In this document: positions 41,695-52,480 of the stretch, piece after piece | Numbering within the stretch: position 1 is the stretch's first letter | How the letters are laid out: every line of letters starts with the position of its first letter | Assembly (NCBI GenBank): GCA_965237525.1 | Contig: CBDEFO010000003.1 | Span: forward strand, 256,001 to 320,000 | DNA: 64,000 bases | Reading direction: 5' to 3' | Source: Candidatus Latescibacterota bacterium | GTDB lineage: Bacteria > Latescibacterota > CBDEFO01 | Translations under genes and position numbers: made by a program | Notes under the pieces: generated by a model | Told to the model about the DNA's origin: nothing | The model's input: only the letters and a program-made list of their open reading frames with translations | Databases searched by the model: none

Positions 41695-42851
41695 GAATCT
41701 ATTTCATAGCTCCTGCTTATCCTCTAAGAGGCGGCATAGCTCAATACACAGCTCTACTTTACAAGAAAATGCAAGAGAGAGGACACGAGGTCAAAATCAT
41801 CTCGTTCAAACGGCAGTACCCGGAGTTCCTCTTCCCCGGAAAGACACAGAAGGAGAGTGGAAAACAGATCATCCGTACCGATAGCGAGGCCATAATCGAC
41901 ACTCTCAATCCGCTGACCTGGCTTAAGGCTTTTGCAAAGATCAAAGCCGAGCGACCTGACCTGTTAATCTTCAAGTACTGGCTCCCTTTATTTGCTCCCT
42001 GCTATATCACCATCTCACTCTTGGTGCGCCTTTTTACAGAGTATAAAGTCCTTTACATCTGCGACAACATAATCCCTCACGAAAAGCGTCCGGGAGACAC
42101 TGTACTTACAAAGATAGCCCTGAGATACTCAGACTACTTCATCGTCCTATCGGACGCGGTCCAAGGTGATCTCCTCAGATTCCGTCCCGACGCGGTGTAT
42201 AGAAAAGTGCCGCATCCTGTCTATGATTTATTCCACACAAACTACGATAAAATTACAGCCAGACGAAAGCTCAAAATCCAGAAGGAGAGGGTCATACTCT
42301 TTTTCGGCTACATAAGAAAGTATAAGGGTCTGCATCTTATTTTACAGGCTCTGCCCTACGTCCTTAAACGCAAAGACATCACGCTCATCGTAGCCGGGGA
42401 GTTCTACGATTCGAAGGAGAGGTACACAGACCTTATTGAAGAGCTCAACATAGAGAGTCACGTGCAGATATTCGACGGCTTTATACCGGACGAAGAAGTG
42501 GGGATCTATTTTGCCGCTGCAGACGCAGTAGTGCTCCCCTACATATCCGCCACACAGAGCGGAATCGTTCAGATAGCCTACAACTTCGATAAACCGGTCA
42601 TAGCCACAGATGTTGGAGGTCTCTCAGAAGTCGTAGTCAACGAAAAGACAGGCTACATCGTCCGCCCCGAAGATCCTGAGGCTTTCGCAGATGCCATCGT
42701 CAAATTCTACTCCCAGAACAAAAATCAGGAATTCGTTTCGAACGTCAAAGTGGAAAAGGGCAAATATTCGTGGGATAGGATGGCAGAGGCTATAGAGAAC
42801 CTGTTAGCTACAGGGTCGAGCCGTTCCTCGAAGAGAGGAGAGTCCCGATAA
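41691..42851 (+). CDS. glycosyltransferase family 4
   Basis: PLRGGIA, FFGYIRKYKG and PYISATQSG motifs. Confidence 0.9.
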   Translation: MRIYFIAPAYPLRGGIAQYTALLYKKMQERGHEVKIISFKRQYPEFLFPGKTQKESGKQIIRTDSEAIIDTLNPLTWLKAFAKIKAERPDLLIFKYWLPLFAPCYITISLLVRLFTEYKVLYICDNIIPHEKRPGDTVLTKIALRYSDYFIVLSDAVQGDLLRFRPDAVYRKVPHPVYDLFHTNYDKITARRKLKIQKERVILFFGYIRKYKGLHLILQALPYVLKRKDITLIVAGEFYDSKERYTDLIEELNIESHVQIFDGFIPDEEVGIYFAAADAVVLPYISATQSGIVQIAYNFDKPVIATDVGGLSEVVVNEKTGYIVRPEDPEAFADAIVKFYSQNKNQEFVSNVKVEKGKYSWDRMAEAIENLLATGSSRSSKRGESR

Positions 42852-42858
42852 GAACAGT

Positions 42859-43812
42859 ATGGATGATAAGAAAGAGACATCACAAAAGAGCGTTGCAAGT
42901 TCCGATCTGCCGTTGGTCTTTCTGATCGTTTTAAACTGGAACGGGAAAGAGGATCTGTTGCGGTGTCTGGGTTCTCTTTCAGGGGTCGAATACGGCAATT
43001 TCAAAACGCTGGTGGTTGACAACGCTTCAGAGGACGGCTCCGTCCAGGCAGTCAGGGAGAATTTCCCCGAAGTTAAGGTCATCCAGAACAGCCGGAACTT
43101 GATGTTCTCCGAAGGGAACAACGCCGGGATGGAGTATGCTTTAAGCCAAAGCTCCGATTACGTTCTCCTGCTGAATAATGACACTGTAGTCGATCCGCAG
43201 TTTCTAAGCGAAATGGTCTTGGTGGCTCAAAGCGATCCTCTTATCGGGATGGTAGGACCCAAAATATACTATTATGACAATCCCGAAAGGTTATGGTTCG
43301 CAGGTGGAAAGGTGGAATTATGGAGGGGAAGGATAAGCCATTTAGGAATAAGAGAGTTCGATTCTGGGCAGTACGATTCTACAAGGGATATAGATTATGT
43401 AACAGGCTGTGCGATTCTGGTCAAAAGAGAAGTCATAGCGAAAGTCGGTATGCTCGACGCTTCGTATTATATTTACTCGGAGGATGTGGACTGGTGCTGG
43501 AGAGCTAAAAACGCCAGATATAGATCGGTCCTAGCACCAAAGGCTAAAATCTGGCATAGGATTTCAGCCTCTACAGGGGGAGGATTGACGCCGTTCAAGA
43601 TATACTGGAGGATAAAAAGCAGCTTAAGATTCTACAGAAGATACGCAAGATGGCATCATTGGCTGACGATGCCTGTATTTGTTTCTTTTGCCACAGCCAA
43701 CTTCGTGTTAGGGCAGATATTTAAGGGTAATTTTGAGGTGGTGTCCTCACTGTTGAGAGGCTTTAAGGACTCGCTTACAGGGAGCAAAGTTCCGACTGGA
43801 ACAATACGATAA
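42859..43812 (+). CDS. glycosyltransferase family 2
   Basis: LNWNG, VDNASEDGS, LLNND, GCA and YSEDVD motifs. Confidence 0.9.
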   Translation: MDDKKETSQKSVASSDLPLVFLIVLNWNGKEDLLRCLGSLSGVEYGNFKTLVVDNASEDGSVQAVRENFPEVKVIQNSRNLMFSEGNNAGMEYALSQSSDYVLLLNNDTVVDPQFLSEMVLVAQSDPLIGMVGPKIYYYDNPERLWFAGGKVELWRGRISHLGIREFDSGQYDSTRDIDYVTGCAILVKREVIAKVGMLDASYYIYSEDVDWCWRAKNARYRSVLAPKAKIWHRISASTGGGLTPFKIYWRIKSSLRFYRRYARWHHWLTMPVFVSFATANFVLGQIFKGNFEVVSSLLRGFKDSLTGSKVPTGTIR

Positions 43813-43830
43813 GCGGCCGAATATAAAAAG

Positions 43831-45171
43831 ATGCAACTGAGCAGGTATCTACACGAGGGCATCTGGGCGTTTCTGGATAAGTCCCTGCCCCTTATTTACG
43901 GCGTCTTTTTTATATTCCTTGTGATTCGGACACTGCCTGAGGAGGAATATGGACTCTTTGTTTTAACTTATAATGTCATATTTATCACACTGACGTTAAT
44001 TAGCAAGACTCTCATACTACAGCCGATGATAAAATATGTATCAGAAAAGGATGATACTAAAGCTGTAGTTACCCAAACGATATTTCTCAATTTTGCCACC
44101 TTAGCGATCTTTGTGCTTATCGTTATCCCGTCTTCGCCGATTCTAGCCAGGTTATTCCATTCATCTCGACTTGTTCCCCTTTTGAAGTTTGTGCCCTTCT
44201 TGTTAGCAGCCCACTTTATGAAGGACATAACCTTGGGACTGCTTACCGCCAAATATCGGATGAAAGAGGTATTTTGTCTTGACGCTGTCTATTTTTTTGG
44301 CTCTGCCCTTTTGATGCTGATTTATAATCTGATGGGCCGTATGGACAGGGCACAGGACGTGTTAACGATTACGTGTTTTGCGGCTCTGGCTGCCTCAATA
44401 ACAGGGACTTTCCTGTCGAGGGACCTGTTAAGGCTCAACTGGAAAATAGACTTCAACACTATAAGGACAATTCTCAACTTCGGCAAGTACACTTTGGGTT
44501 CAGGCGTCGGGAATATACTTTATACTCAGACAGACACCTTTATGATCGGCTACTTTTACGGTCCCATTCCGGTTGCCTCGTATAATGCCGCCAAGTTCTT
44601 TTTCAAGATATACAATGTCTTTTCACAGGCGATAAGCATGCTGGTTTTTCCCCTATCGTCGAGGTTGCACGCAGAGCACAGGATGGACGAGATCAAAGCG
44701 CTCTTTGAAAAGATGGTCTGTTTTTATTATATTATTCTGATCCCCTTTAATTTAGTGATGTTGGTACTTTCAAAAGAGATATTTGAAATTGCCTATGCAG
44801 GCAGATATTCTGACTCTGCTAAGATATTTATAGTTTTAGTTATCGGGACGTTCCTGATCCCTTTAGGAACGGTAGGTTCTAACATTATCCTTGGAGTCGA
44901 AAAGCCCAAGATTAGTTTTAGAATTACCTGGGTTACAATAGCCTCCAACGTGATTTTGAACCTTCTATTTATCCCGAAATATGGAGCATTAGGAGCTGCT
45001 GTTGCCACTATTTTCTCCATGGGGATCGGCGCTATACTAACCGCTGCGTTCGCAAAGAGGATAACAGGCGCAGCCTTTACAGGCGTCCTTCTAAGAGTCA
45101 AAGATGTGGCAAACTTCGGGAGGGAGATATTGGAGAATGTGCAAAAAAGCTTTTCTGAACAGAGATCTTAG
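43831..45171 (+). CDS. polysaccharide flippase (Wzx/MOP family)
   Basis: Many TM helices; D..MIG and LNLLFIPKYGALGAAVAT motifs; glycan cluster context. Confidence 0.85.
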   Translation: MQLSRYLHEGIWAFLDKSLPLIYGVFFIFLVIRTLPEEEYGLFVLTYNVIFITLTLISKTLILQPMIKYVSEKDDTKAVVTQTIFLNFATLAIFVLIVIPSSPILARLFHSSRLVPLLKFVPFLLAAHFMKDITLGLLTAKYRMKEVFCLDAVYFFGSALLMLIYNLMGRMDRAQDVLTITCFAALAASITGTFLSRDLLRLNWKIDFNTIRTILNFGKYTLGSGVGNILYTQTDTFMIGYFYGPIPVASYNAAKFFFKIYNVFSQAISMLVFPLSSRLHAEHRMDEIKALFEKMVCFYYIILIPFNLVMLVLSKEIFEIAYAGRYSDSAKIFIVLVIGTFLIPLGTVGSNIILGVEKPKISFRITWVTIASNVILNLLFIPKYGALGAAVATIFSMGIGAILTAAFAKRITGAAFTGVLLRVKDVANFGREILENVQKSFSEQRS

Positions 45172-45198
45172 GCATTTTGCCTGACAAGGGGTCACCAA

Positions 45199-46389
45199 AT
45201 GAAAGTTCTGGTAATATCCGATATTTGGGAACAAAGTCCCGTGTATGAACAGACTAAAGAGCTATCAGAGCGTACGAGCAACATCGAGGTGATAGTTCCC
45301 GTCAGGGTAATACCGCCGTTAAAAAGATATAAAGATGTGCAGGATAGGAATCTATCGAAATTAAGCGATGGCGAGGAGATGATCAGGGAGATAAAGATTA
45401 AATATCTTAAGTACTATTCTGTTCCAGAGCTGCATAAATACGTAGGCGCCTTTTCACTGCTGGCATCGCTCCTTGTATATCTGGCCCCTCGAAGGTGGCG
45501 GGACTTTGATATTATCCACGCGCATTTCGCATATACGGTAGGTCCAGCCGGTCTGCTTTTAGGAAAATTGCTCAAGAAGAAGGTAATAATAAACGTCCAC
45601 GGAAGCGACATTATCTATTACACACGAAAACATCTTAAGTATTTCTTCACCCGAATCATGGCAATTTACGTGCTTAAAAGCTGCGATAGAGTATTTTGTC
45701 ACAGCGACGCTATGAGAATTAGGGTACAGAAGTTAGGGATAGATCTGGATAAAATCTCGCTGATCTGCTTTGGAGTTCGCGCCGACACTTTTAAACCGAT
45801 GGATAAAGATAGGATAAGAGAAAAATTGGGATTGCCTTCACACAGAAAAATCGTCTTATTTGTCGGTAATCTTGTGCAGAGAAAAGGAGTGAACTATTTA
45901 ATAGATTCTACACTTACGATACTGAGCGAAATAGAGGATCTTTTGGTAGTGTTGGTGGGCGATGGCCCATTGATGGTAGAGCTTAAAAACAGAGCCAAAA
46001 GCTTAGGAGTAGAAAAGACCGTCAAATTTGTCGGTGCAAAACCCCATTGGGAAATTCCGCGGTGGATGAACGCCTGCGACCTTTTCGTGTTGCCCAGTCT
46101 CGATGAGGCCTTTGGATTAGTTTCGCTCGAAGCTTTTGCATGTGGAAAACCTGTCGTCGCGTCCAGGGTCGATGGAATTCCGGAGATTGTGAAAAGTTCA
46201 GACTACGGAATACTGGTAAAGTCCAAGAATTCAGAAGAGCTTGCCGGAGGGATCATAAGAGGCTTGAAGAAGAGATGGGATACTGGAAAAATGATAGAGT
46301 ATGCGCAAAGCTACTCCTGGGAAGACAGTGCGGTTCAGCTCCTTGGAGAATATGAAAAACTGTGGAAAAAGAAAAGGGAACAAAATTGA
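45199..46389 (+). CDS. glycosyltransferase family 4
   Basis: IIHAHF, HGSD, FVGNL..RKG and EAFGLVSLEA motifs. Confidence 0.9.
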   Translation: MKVLVISDIWEQSPVYEQTKELSERTSNIEVIVPVRVIPPLKRYKDVQDRNLSKLSDGEEMIREIKIKYLKYYSVPELHKYVGAFSLLASLLVYLAPRRWRDFDIIHAHFAYTVGPAGLLLGKLLKKKVIINVHGSDIIYYTRKHLKYFFTRIMAIYVLKSCDRVFCHSDAMRIRVQKLGIDLDKISLICFGVRADTFKPMDKDRIREKLGLPSHRKIVLFVGNLVQRKGVNYLIDSTLTILSEIEDLLVVLVGDGPLMVELKNRAKSLGVEKTVKFVGAKPHWEIPRWMNACDLFVLPSLDEAFGLVSLEAFACGKPVVASRVDGIPEIVKSSDYGILVKSKNSEELAGGIIRGLKKRWDTGKMIEYAQSYSWEDSAVQLLGEYEKLWKKKREQN

Positions 46390-47477
46390 GGATCATCTTA
46401 TCAGCAGGGGTTCGACCTAATTTTATGAAGGTTGCACCGCTTATAGACGAGATTAGGAAGTTTCCGGAGAATCTTCAGGCTTCTCTGATTCACACGGGAC
46501 AGCACTACGATGATCCAATGTCCAAGGTGTTCTTCTGCGATCTGAAACTTCCCAAGCCAGATAGATATTTGAACGTGGGATCGGGAAGTCACTCGGTCCA
46601 GACAGCCGGGGTGATGGTGGCATTTGAGCAGGTACTTTTAGAGGAAAGGCCAGATCTGGCAATAGTGGTGGGAGATGTGAACTCGACTTTAGGGTGCGCT
46701 CTTAGCGCCGCAAAACTGGGCATTAAGCTGGCGCACGTTGAAGCAGGACTGCGCAGTTGGGACCGCACGATGCCTGAGGAGATTAATCGGATTGTGACCG
46801 ACTCAATTTCGGATCTACTGTTCACACCTTCGGAGAATGCAGACGAGAACCTACTCCATGAGGGGATACCCCAAGAGAGGATATTTTTCGTGGGGAATAT
46901 AATGGTCGATTCTCTGCTTAGATCTAAGCGGACAGCACTAAAATCCAGCATCTTGGAAGAGATAGGTTTAGCAGAACGCAACTACTGTCTGTTGACGCTG
47001 CACCGTCCATCCAACGTCGATGCAAAGGGGGTCCTATCTGGAATCATCAGTGCAATAGAAAAGATTCAGGAGCAGATTAGGGTTGTCTTTCCTGTCCATC
47101 CGAGGACGCAAAAGATGCTCCAGGATTTTGAACTGCTCAGAGTTTTGGAGGAGATGGATAATTTAACTTTGATAGAGCCTCTGGGTTATCTGGATTTTTT
47201 GAAGCTTGAGATGTGCGCAAAGGTGGTATTGACCGATTCCGGTGGGATACAAGAGGAGACGACAGTTTTAGGGGTGCCGTGTCTAACTTTGAGGGAGAAT
47301 ACGGAATGGCCTACGACTGTCGAGATCGGAACAAATCTTGTCGTGGGAAACCGACCAGATGATATTGTAGGTGCAACATATGAAATCTTGCAGCACAGAA
47401 GTAATAAGCGGAGCATTCCAAAATTTTGGGACGGTCGAACGTCAGAGCGGATCGTCAGGATATTGAAAGATATTTAA
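46386..47477 (+). CDS. wecB: non-hydrolysing UDP-N-acetylglucosamine 2-epimerase
   Basis: RPNFMK, HTGQHYD, HVEAGLRS, MPEEINR and DSGGIQEE motifs. Confidence 0.93.
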   Translation: MRIILSAGVRPNFMKVAPLIDEIRKFPENLQASLIHTGQHYDDPMSKVFFCDLKLPKPDRYLNVGSGSHSVQTAGVMVAFEQVLLEERPDLAIVVGDVNSTLGCALSAAKLGIKLAHVEAGLRSWDRTMPEEINRIVTDSISDLLFTPSENADENLLHEGIPQERIFFVGNIMVDSLLRSKRTALKSSILEEIGLAERNYCLLTLHRPSNVDAKGVLSGIISAIEKIQEQIRVVFPVHPRTQKMLQDFELLRVLEEMDNLTLIEPLGYLDFLKLEMCAKVVLTDSGGIQEETTVLGVPCLTLRENTEWPTTVEIGTNLVVGNRPDDIVGATYEILQHRSNKRSIPKFWDGRTSERIVRILKDI

Positions 47478-47535
47478 GCCTGATATAAGTGCGCCGTTGC
47501 CCAATCCATAAGATCGATACCCTCAGCATTAACAG

Positions 47536-48698
47536 GTGACAAGACAGATGTTAAAACTTGTGGTCTTTTCGGAGATCAAGTGGAGTTATCTGAAGACTCG
47601 CAAGCAACAGATCATAAGTAGGTTTCCAAAAGATTGGCACATACTTTTCATCGAGCCTTTCGTCCTCGGCAGACACAATCAGTTTTTGCCAAAAAAAACC
47701 CAAAACGTTATACACGCAACAGTCCCGTTTTTCAAAATCGTTCCGGAGGGGGTTGTACGAAGAACATTAGATGAGAGGATCGCCAGAGGTATCATCAGTA
47801 CTTTAGTGTTTTTATGGGTAAAGGTGATCTTCTTATTAACCGGCTTTACCGGAAAAAAGAGGGTCTTTTTTGTATCTAATATATACTATTCTTATGTTGT
47901 TCAAAGGCTCCCCAAAGCTCTCGTTCTATACGACTGCAATGACAATTCGCTGGCATTTTCCGGCACTCCCGAATGGGCTGAAGGTTATTTTCATAAACTT
48001 TGCCAGGTCTCTGACGTAATAATTTGCTGCAGCTCTGGGCTTGCCGAAAAGATAGATCCTCACCAAAGACAGAAGACGGTTTTGATCGGCAACGGAGTCG
48101 ATTTTGACCTCTTTGAAAGAGAGGTCGCACACGACGAAGCGGCCTCTGAACTTAACTGCATTCCCCGGCCGATTATCGCTTATGTTGGAGCTATCTCGGA
48201 ATGGATGGATTTCCGGCTATTGGCTAAGATCGCATCTGCGTATCCGTATGCGTCGATGGTATTGATAGGTCCGGTGACTCCCAGGGTATCCGATAAAGCT
48301 CAAAAGTTGAAGGAATACCCCAATATTTTTCTTTTAGGCGCAAAAGTGCACGATGTTCTACCATCCTATTTGAAAAGGGCTAAGGTCTGTATTATCCCAT
48401 TTGTAAAAAATGAGCTTACCGCCTCAGTAAATCCGGATAAGCTATACGAGTACTTAGCGGCAGGAAAGCCTGTAGTGACGTTGGATTTTTCCCCTGACAG
48501 TGTGTCAATACAGTGAGATCATTTATGTAGCTTGTGACCACGAAGATTTTACCAAAAAGGTGGGTATAGCTCTAAGCGAGGAGCACGATGTGGAGAAGTT
48601 GAAGGCTGTAGCGCGGGCAAACGATTGGAAGCCAAAAGACAAAACAGATGGTGGATATTATCAAAGAGCGTCTTGTTGATAAGAAAGATCGCTCGTAG
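47536..48698 (+). pseudogene. GT4-like glycosyltransferase with frameshifted C-terminus
   Basis: ORF 47536..48516 ends after KLYEYLAAGKPVV; a plausible tail (IYVA..ARANDW..) continues in other frames to about 48698. Confidence 0.7.
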
Positions 48699-48966
48699 GC
48701 AATACTCTGCTCCCCATCCGCAAAGAGAGTTTCACTAGGAACTTGTCTCCTTGTGTCTCATCCTGTTCAACTGTACGATCAAAAAAGCGTTGAACACAGT
48801 TGACAGCTTCCCTGAAAGAATATTACACAAAACGATTTGTGTGGTGATTGCTAAAGAGTTTTAGATTCAAAGTGGTGCCTTTCGTCTTGGCCTTTAATAC
48901 CAATCGTGTTTAGTTCTCAACTCGAGTTAAGATATAAAGTTTGCAACCACTTAATATTCAAGTGAA

Positions 48967-49722
48967 ATGACACGAATCGACAAGAAATTGTTTGTAAATT
49001 ATCCTCGTCTTGGACTCTCTACGAATTTTGGTGAGAGAATTATACAGAAGAGGATTCAATTAGTTAAACGAATTGATAGTTTTCGTAATTCTGATTTAAC
49101 TCTCGTTGATGTGGGCTGTGGAACTGGAACATCTGTACTTTCATTAGCAAATGATTTCAAATATTGCATAGGAATTGATGTTCAAGATTATGAGGATAGT
49201 TTTGCCAGAATCAAAACAGAGAAAAAAATTAGTAATTGTGAGTTTAAATTGATGGATATAGAAAAAGACAAAATAGAAGAGTCTTTTGACAGGATTATTT
49301 GTTTTGAGGTGATTGAGCATTTAAAAAATGAAAAAAGTGTAAAATACCTCTATGACTTATTAAAATCAGGGGGGAAGGCGGCTATTTCTGTACCAAATAA
49401 ATGGTGGATCTTTGAAACTCATGGAGCAAAATTGCCATTTCTTCGCTGGAACAGAGCACCCTTCTTTTCATGGCTACCCACCCCTATTCATGAAAAGTTT
49501 GCCTATGCCAGAATTTACACGAAAAAGCGGATTAGCAAACTTCTGAGGTCAGTAGGGTTTGAAATAGCCAACGTCGACTATATTACCGCGCCTTTAGATG
49601 TATTAAAGAATAGGCGCTTGAAATCTTTATTGTTAAAATATATTTTTAGAAATAATACGACTAAGATTCCATTTTTGTCAACTTCCATATTTATCCATGC
49701 AGAAAAACCAATGAAAAGTTAG
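48967..49722 (+). CDS. class I SAM-dependent methyltransferase
   Basis: VDVGCGTG, FEVIEHL and LKSGG..SVPN motifs; AT-rich relative to flanks. Confidence 0.88.
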   Translation: MTRIDKKLFVNYPRLGLSTNFGERIIQKRIQLVKRIDSFRNSDLTLVDVGCGTGTSVLSLANDFKYCIGIDVQDYEDSFARIKTEKKISNCEFKLMDIEKDKIEESFDRIICFEVIEHLKNEKSVKYLYDLLKSGGKAAISVPNKWWIFETHGAKLPFLRWNRAPFFSWLPTPIHEKFAYARIYTKKRISKLLRSVGFEIANVDYITAPLDVLKNRRLKSLLLKYIFRNNTTKIPFLSTSIFIHAEKPMKS

Positions 49723-49744
49723 TTTTGGCATCATACCGATTGAA

Positions 49745-49918
49745 TGGATGGGATTTGAGTTCTGCCCTGAAGTTACCACCAAAGTGTTAAAAAAGGGATA
49801 TAAAATCTACGGAGTACCGATTTCATACGGTCCGAGAGGAAAAGAAAAGGGCAAGAAGCTACGCTGGAACGTCGGCTTAAAGGCTATTTGTACTCTGATA
49901 AAATATCGTTTTCTGTAA
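49745..49918 (+). pseudogene. C-terminal remnant of a DPM-synthase-like GT2 glycosyltransferase
   Basis: Translates as GFEFCPEVTTKVLK.GYKIYGVPISYGPR..GKKLRW..GLKAICTLIKYRF; no N-terminus present. Confidence 0.65.
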
Positions 49919-50002
49919 GGTTTTTATCAGGAGGAGGTTGTCATTAATTCCAAAAGACAAAAAAGGGCCCAAAAAAGGAAACCGAGCGCAGGGGAGCCCA
50001 AA

Positions 50003-52480
50003 ATGTCAGCCTTCGTATTCTCCGAAAGAGGAAAAGAACTGATAGCGTGCTGTTTAATATTCGTATTAGTCCTGGTATTGTTTCGCGAAGTGATCTTTCA
50101 GAACAAGAGCTTTGTCGTTCCGGACAGCAAGTCTCCCGCCGCTTTGACGGCACCTATGAGCGAGTTATTGAACAACGATGGTATCTATCCGCTCTGGCAT
50201 CCTTATATCTTCAGCGGTATGCCCTCCTTTGCAAGTCTGATATATAACCCCTATGTCTATGTACTCGGCGCCCTTATGTCTATATTCAATTTTGTTCTGC
50301 CTCCGCTGAGCTGGCTTTGGATACACTATTTTCTGGCTGGATTTTTTACATTTATCTTGATGAGGTCGAAGAAGATAAGCATTTCGGGAGCTCTCCTTTC
50401 GGCAGTGACCTTTATGTTCACACCTTTTTTAGTTGCTATGGGGACGTTCGGGCACGGGAGCCAGATGATGACGGCTGCATATATACCCTTGGCTTTTTGG
50501 GCAGTCGACAGGCTCCTCGAAAAGAGGAGCATCCTTTACATCGCCCTGACGGCGTTAGCGCTCGGCCTTCAACTGCAAAGAGGTCACGTCCAGATTGCGT
50601 ACTACACCTGGATGATGGTCGGCCTCTACTTTGTCTATTTTTCGTACTTGAGGCTTCGATCCGGAGCATCGGCTACGGACGTCTTGAAAACTGGCGGACT
50701 TTTAGCCATAGCCCTGGTATGGGCGTTTGCCTTAGCCTCTGTCCTCTACCTGCCCGTTTACAACTATACTCCCTATTCCATACGGGGCGGCGGTTCGGAA
50801 GGTGGAGTAGGATTCGAATATGCCACTGGTTGGTCGTTTCATCCTAAGGAGATGCTGACCTACTTGGTGCCCTCTTTCTTCGGCTTCGGCGGCAGCACCT
50901 ACTGGGGAAAGATGCCCTTCACCGATTTCCCCAACTATATGGGCCTAATCCCGCTTTTTCTTGCAATCTTAGCGCTGATCTGGAGGAGAAACAAGACTAC
51001 TGTCTTTTTCGGAATCCTAATATTCGTCTCACTTTTGGCATCCTTCGGCAGACATTTTCTCTTCTACCAGTTCCTCTACGACTTTCTGCCCTTCTTCAAA
51101 AAGTTCCGCGTGCCCGTCATGATCCTTATACTGGTTCAATTTTCCGTCGCCGCGATGGCGGGCTATGGGCTGGACAATCTGATTAGATTTTCCCGGGAAA
51201 AGATGGAAAAAACTACAAGCGAAAAGATTAAGAGGCTCACAAAGCGCCTCGCCATCGCCATCGGAATCCTGATAGCCGCAGGCTTGATCCTGAGCCTTGG
51301 AAAGAAGTCGTTTTTCGGGACAATGTCAGAGATATATCCCCAAAGTGCCAGATACACCACTTTGGAACTTAATCAGATGAGATTCGACATGTTCTATAAG
51401 GATACCTGGAAGATGATATTTCTCTTTGCTATCGGGGGTGGCATAACTATCGGACTTTTAAAAAGATATGTAAGACCTCATCTTTTCGGAATATCTCTCC
51501 TTTTTCTGACTGCAGCAGACCTGTGGCTGGTAGATTTCAAGCTTGTTCGTCCCTCCGGGCGGGGAGAGATGAACCGGTATTTAGCTCAGGATGAGACGAT
51601 AGAGTTCATAAAAAGGGATGAGGACATCTTTCGAATATTCCCTGTAGGCAGGCTCTTTTCGGATAACAAATGGGCCGCACATCGCATCTTTTCTATCGGG
51701 GGATACCACGCGGCCAAGTTGAAGATATACCAGGAATTCTTGAGCAAGCAAGGCATCCCCAAAGAATTCCTTTCGAAGTACCTGAAGCCCTCTCGTGCCA
51801 CCAAGCAGGGCTACGTCCTGAAGGATATAGACGAAGTTTCACTCAAAGATCGCCGCGCCCACTCTGCGGCTCTGGACATGCTGAATGTCAAATACGTCGT
51901 CTCTCCTTATCCTATCCCCGATCCACAGTACAAGTTAGTGGCACAGAAGAAGGGCTATATAGACGGACATGAAACTTCACTGAACATCTATCAAAAGCAG
52001 AGTGTGCTCCCGAGAACCTTTCTTGTCGGGAAAGTTAAGGTCGTCCCAGACGAAAACAAAATCCTGGATGAGATGAGATCCGGGGCGTTCGACCCGCACG
52101 AGTATGCCCTTTTGGAGGAAGTTCCCGAGTTTGAACCTGAAAGTGTCGAAAGCAGCTTCGCAAGGATAACCGATTATGGAATTCATAACATAAAGCTTCA
52201 GGCTTCCAACCTCAAGCCCTGTCTTTTGGTTTTGAGTGAGATATATTATCCTGAAGGTTGGAAAGCCTATCTTAATGGGGAAGAGGTAAAAATATACAAG
52301 ACTAACTACCTGCTCAGGTCTATCCTCCTTCCTCCCGGCGATCACAGGATTGAGTTTGTCTTCGATCCCTGGGATTTTAAGCTGGGGCTTTGGATCAGCG
52401 TTGGGGCATGGGCATTGCTGATAGGCTTACTTTCTCTGAAAGGGGTACGATATTATCGTGCAGAAAGAGGACAAAAGTAG
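50003..52480 (+). CDS. YfhO-family multi-pass membrane protein (GT-C-like)
   Basis: PLWHPYIFSGMP, H.Q..YY, KFRVP, LDMLNVKY and LSEIYYPEGWKA motifs. Confidence 0.85.
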   Translation: MSAFVFSERGKELIACCLIFVLVLVLFREVIFQNKSFVVPDSKSPAALTAPMSELLNNDGIYPLWHPYIFSGMPSFASLIYNPYVYVLGALMSIFNFVLPPLSWLWIHYFLAGFFTFILMRSKKISISGALLSAVTFMFTPFLVAMGTFGHGSQMMTAAYIPLAFWAVDRLLEKRSILYIALTALALGLQLQRGHVQIAYYTWMMVGLYFVYFSYLRLRSGASATDVLKTGGLLAIALVWAFALASVLYLPVYNYTPYSIRGGGSEGGVGFEYATGWSFHPKEMLTYLVPSFFGFGGSTYWGKMPFTDFPNYMGLIPLFLAILALIWRRNKTTVFFGILIFVSLLASFGRHFLFYQFLYDFLPFFKKFRVPVMILILVQFSVAAMAGYGLDNLIRFSREKMEKTTSEKIKRLTKRLAIAIGILIAAGLILSLGKKSFFGTMSEIYPQSARYTTLELNQMRFDMFYKDTWKMIFLFAIGGGITIGLLKRYVRPHLFGISLLFLTAADLWLVDFKLVRPSGRGEMNRYLAQDETIEFIKRDEDIFRIFPVGRLFSDNKWAAHRIFSIGGYHAAKLKIYQEFLSKQGIPKEFLSKYLKPSRATKQGYVLKDIDEVSLKDRRAHSAALDMLNVKYVVSPYPIPDPQYKLVAQKKGYIDGHETSLNIYQKQSVLPRTFLVGKVKVVPDENKILDEMRSGAFDPHEYALLEEVPEFEPESVESSFARITDYGIHNIKLQASNLKPCLLVLSEIYYPEGWKAYLNGEEVKIYKTNYLLRSILLPPGDHRIEFVFDPWDFKLGLWISVGAWALLIGLLSLKGVRYYRAERGQK

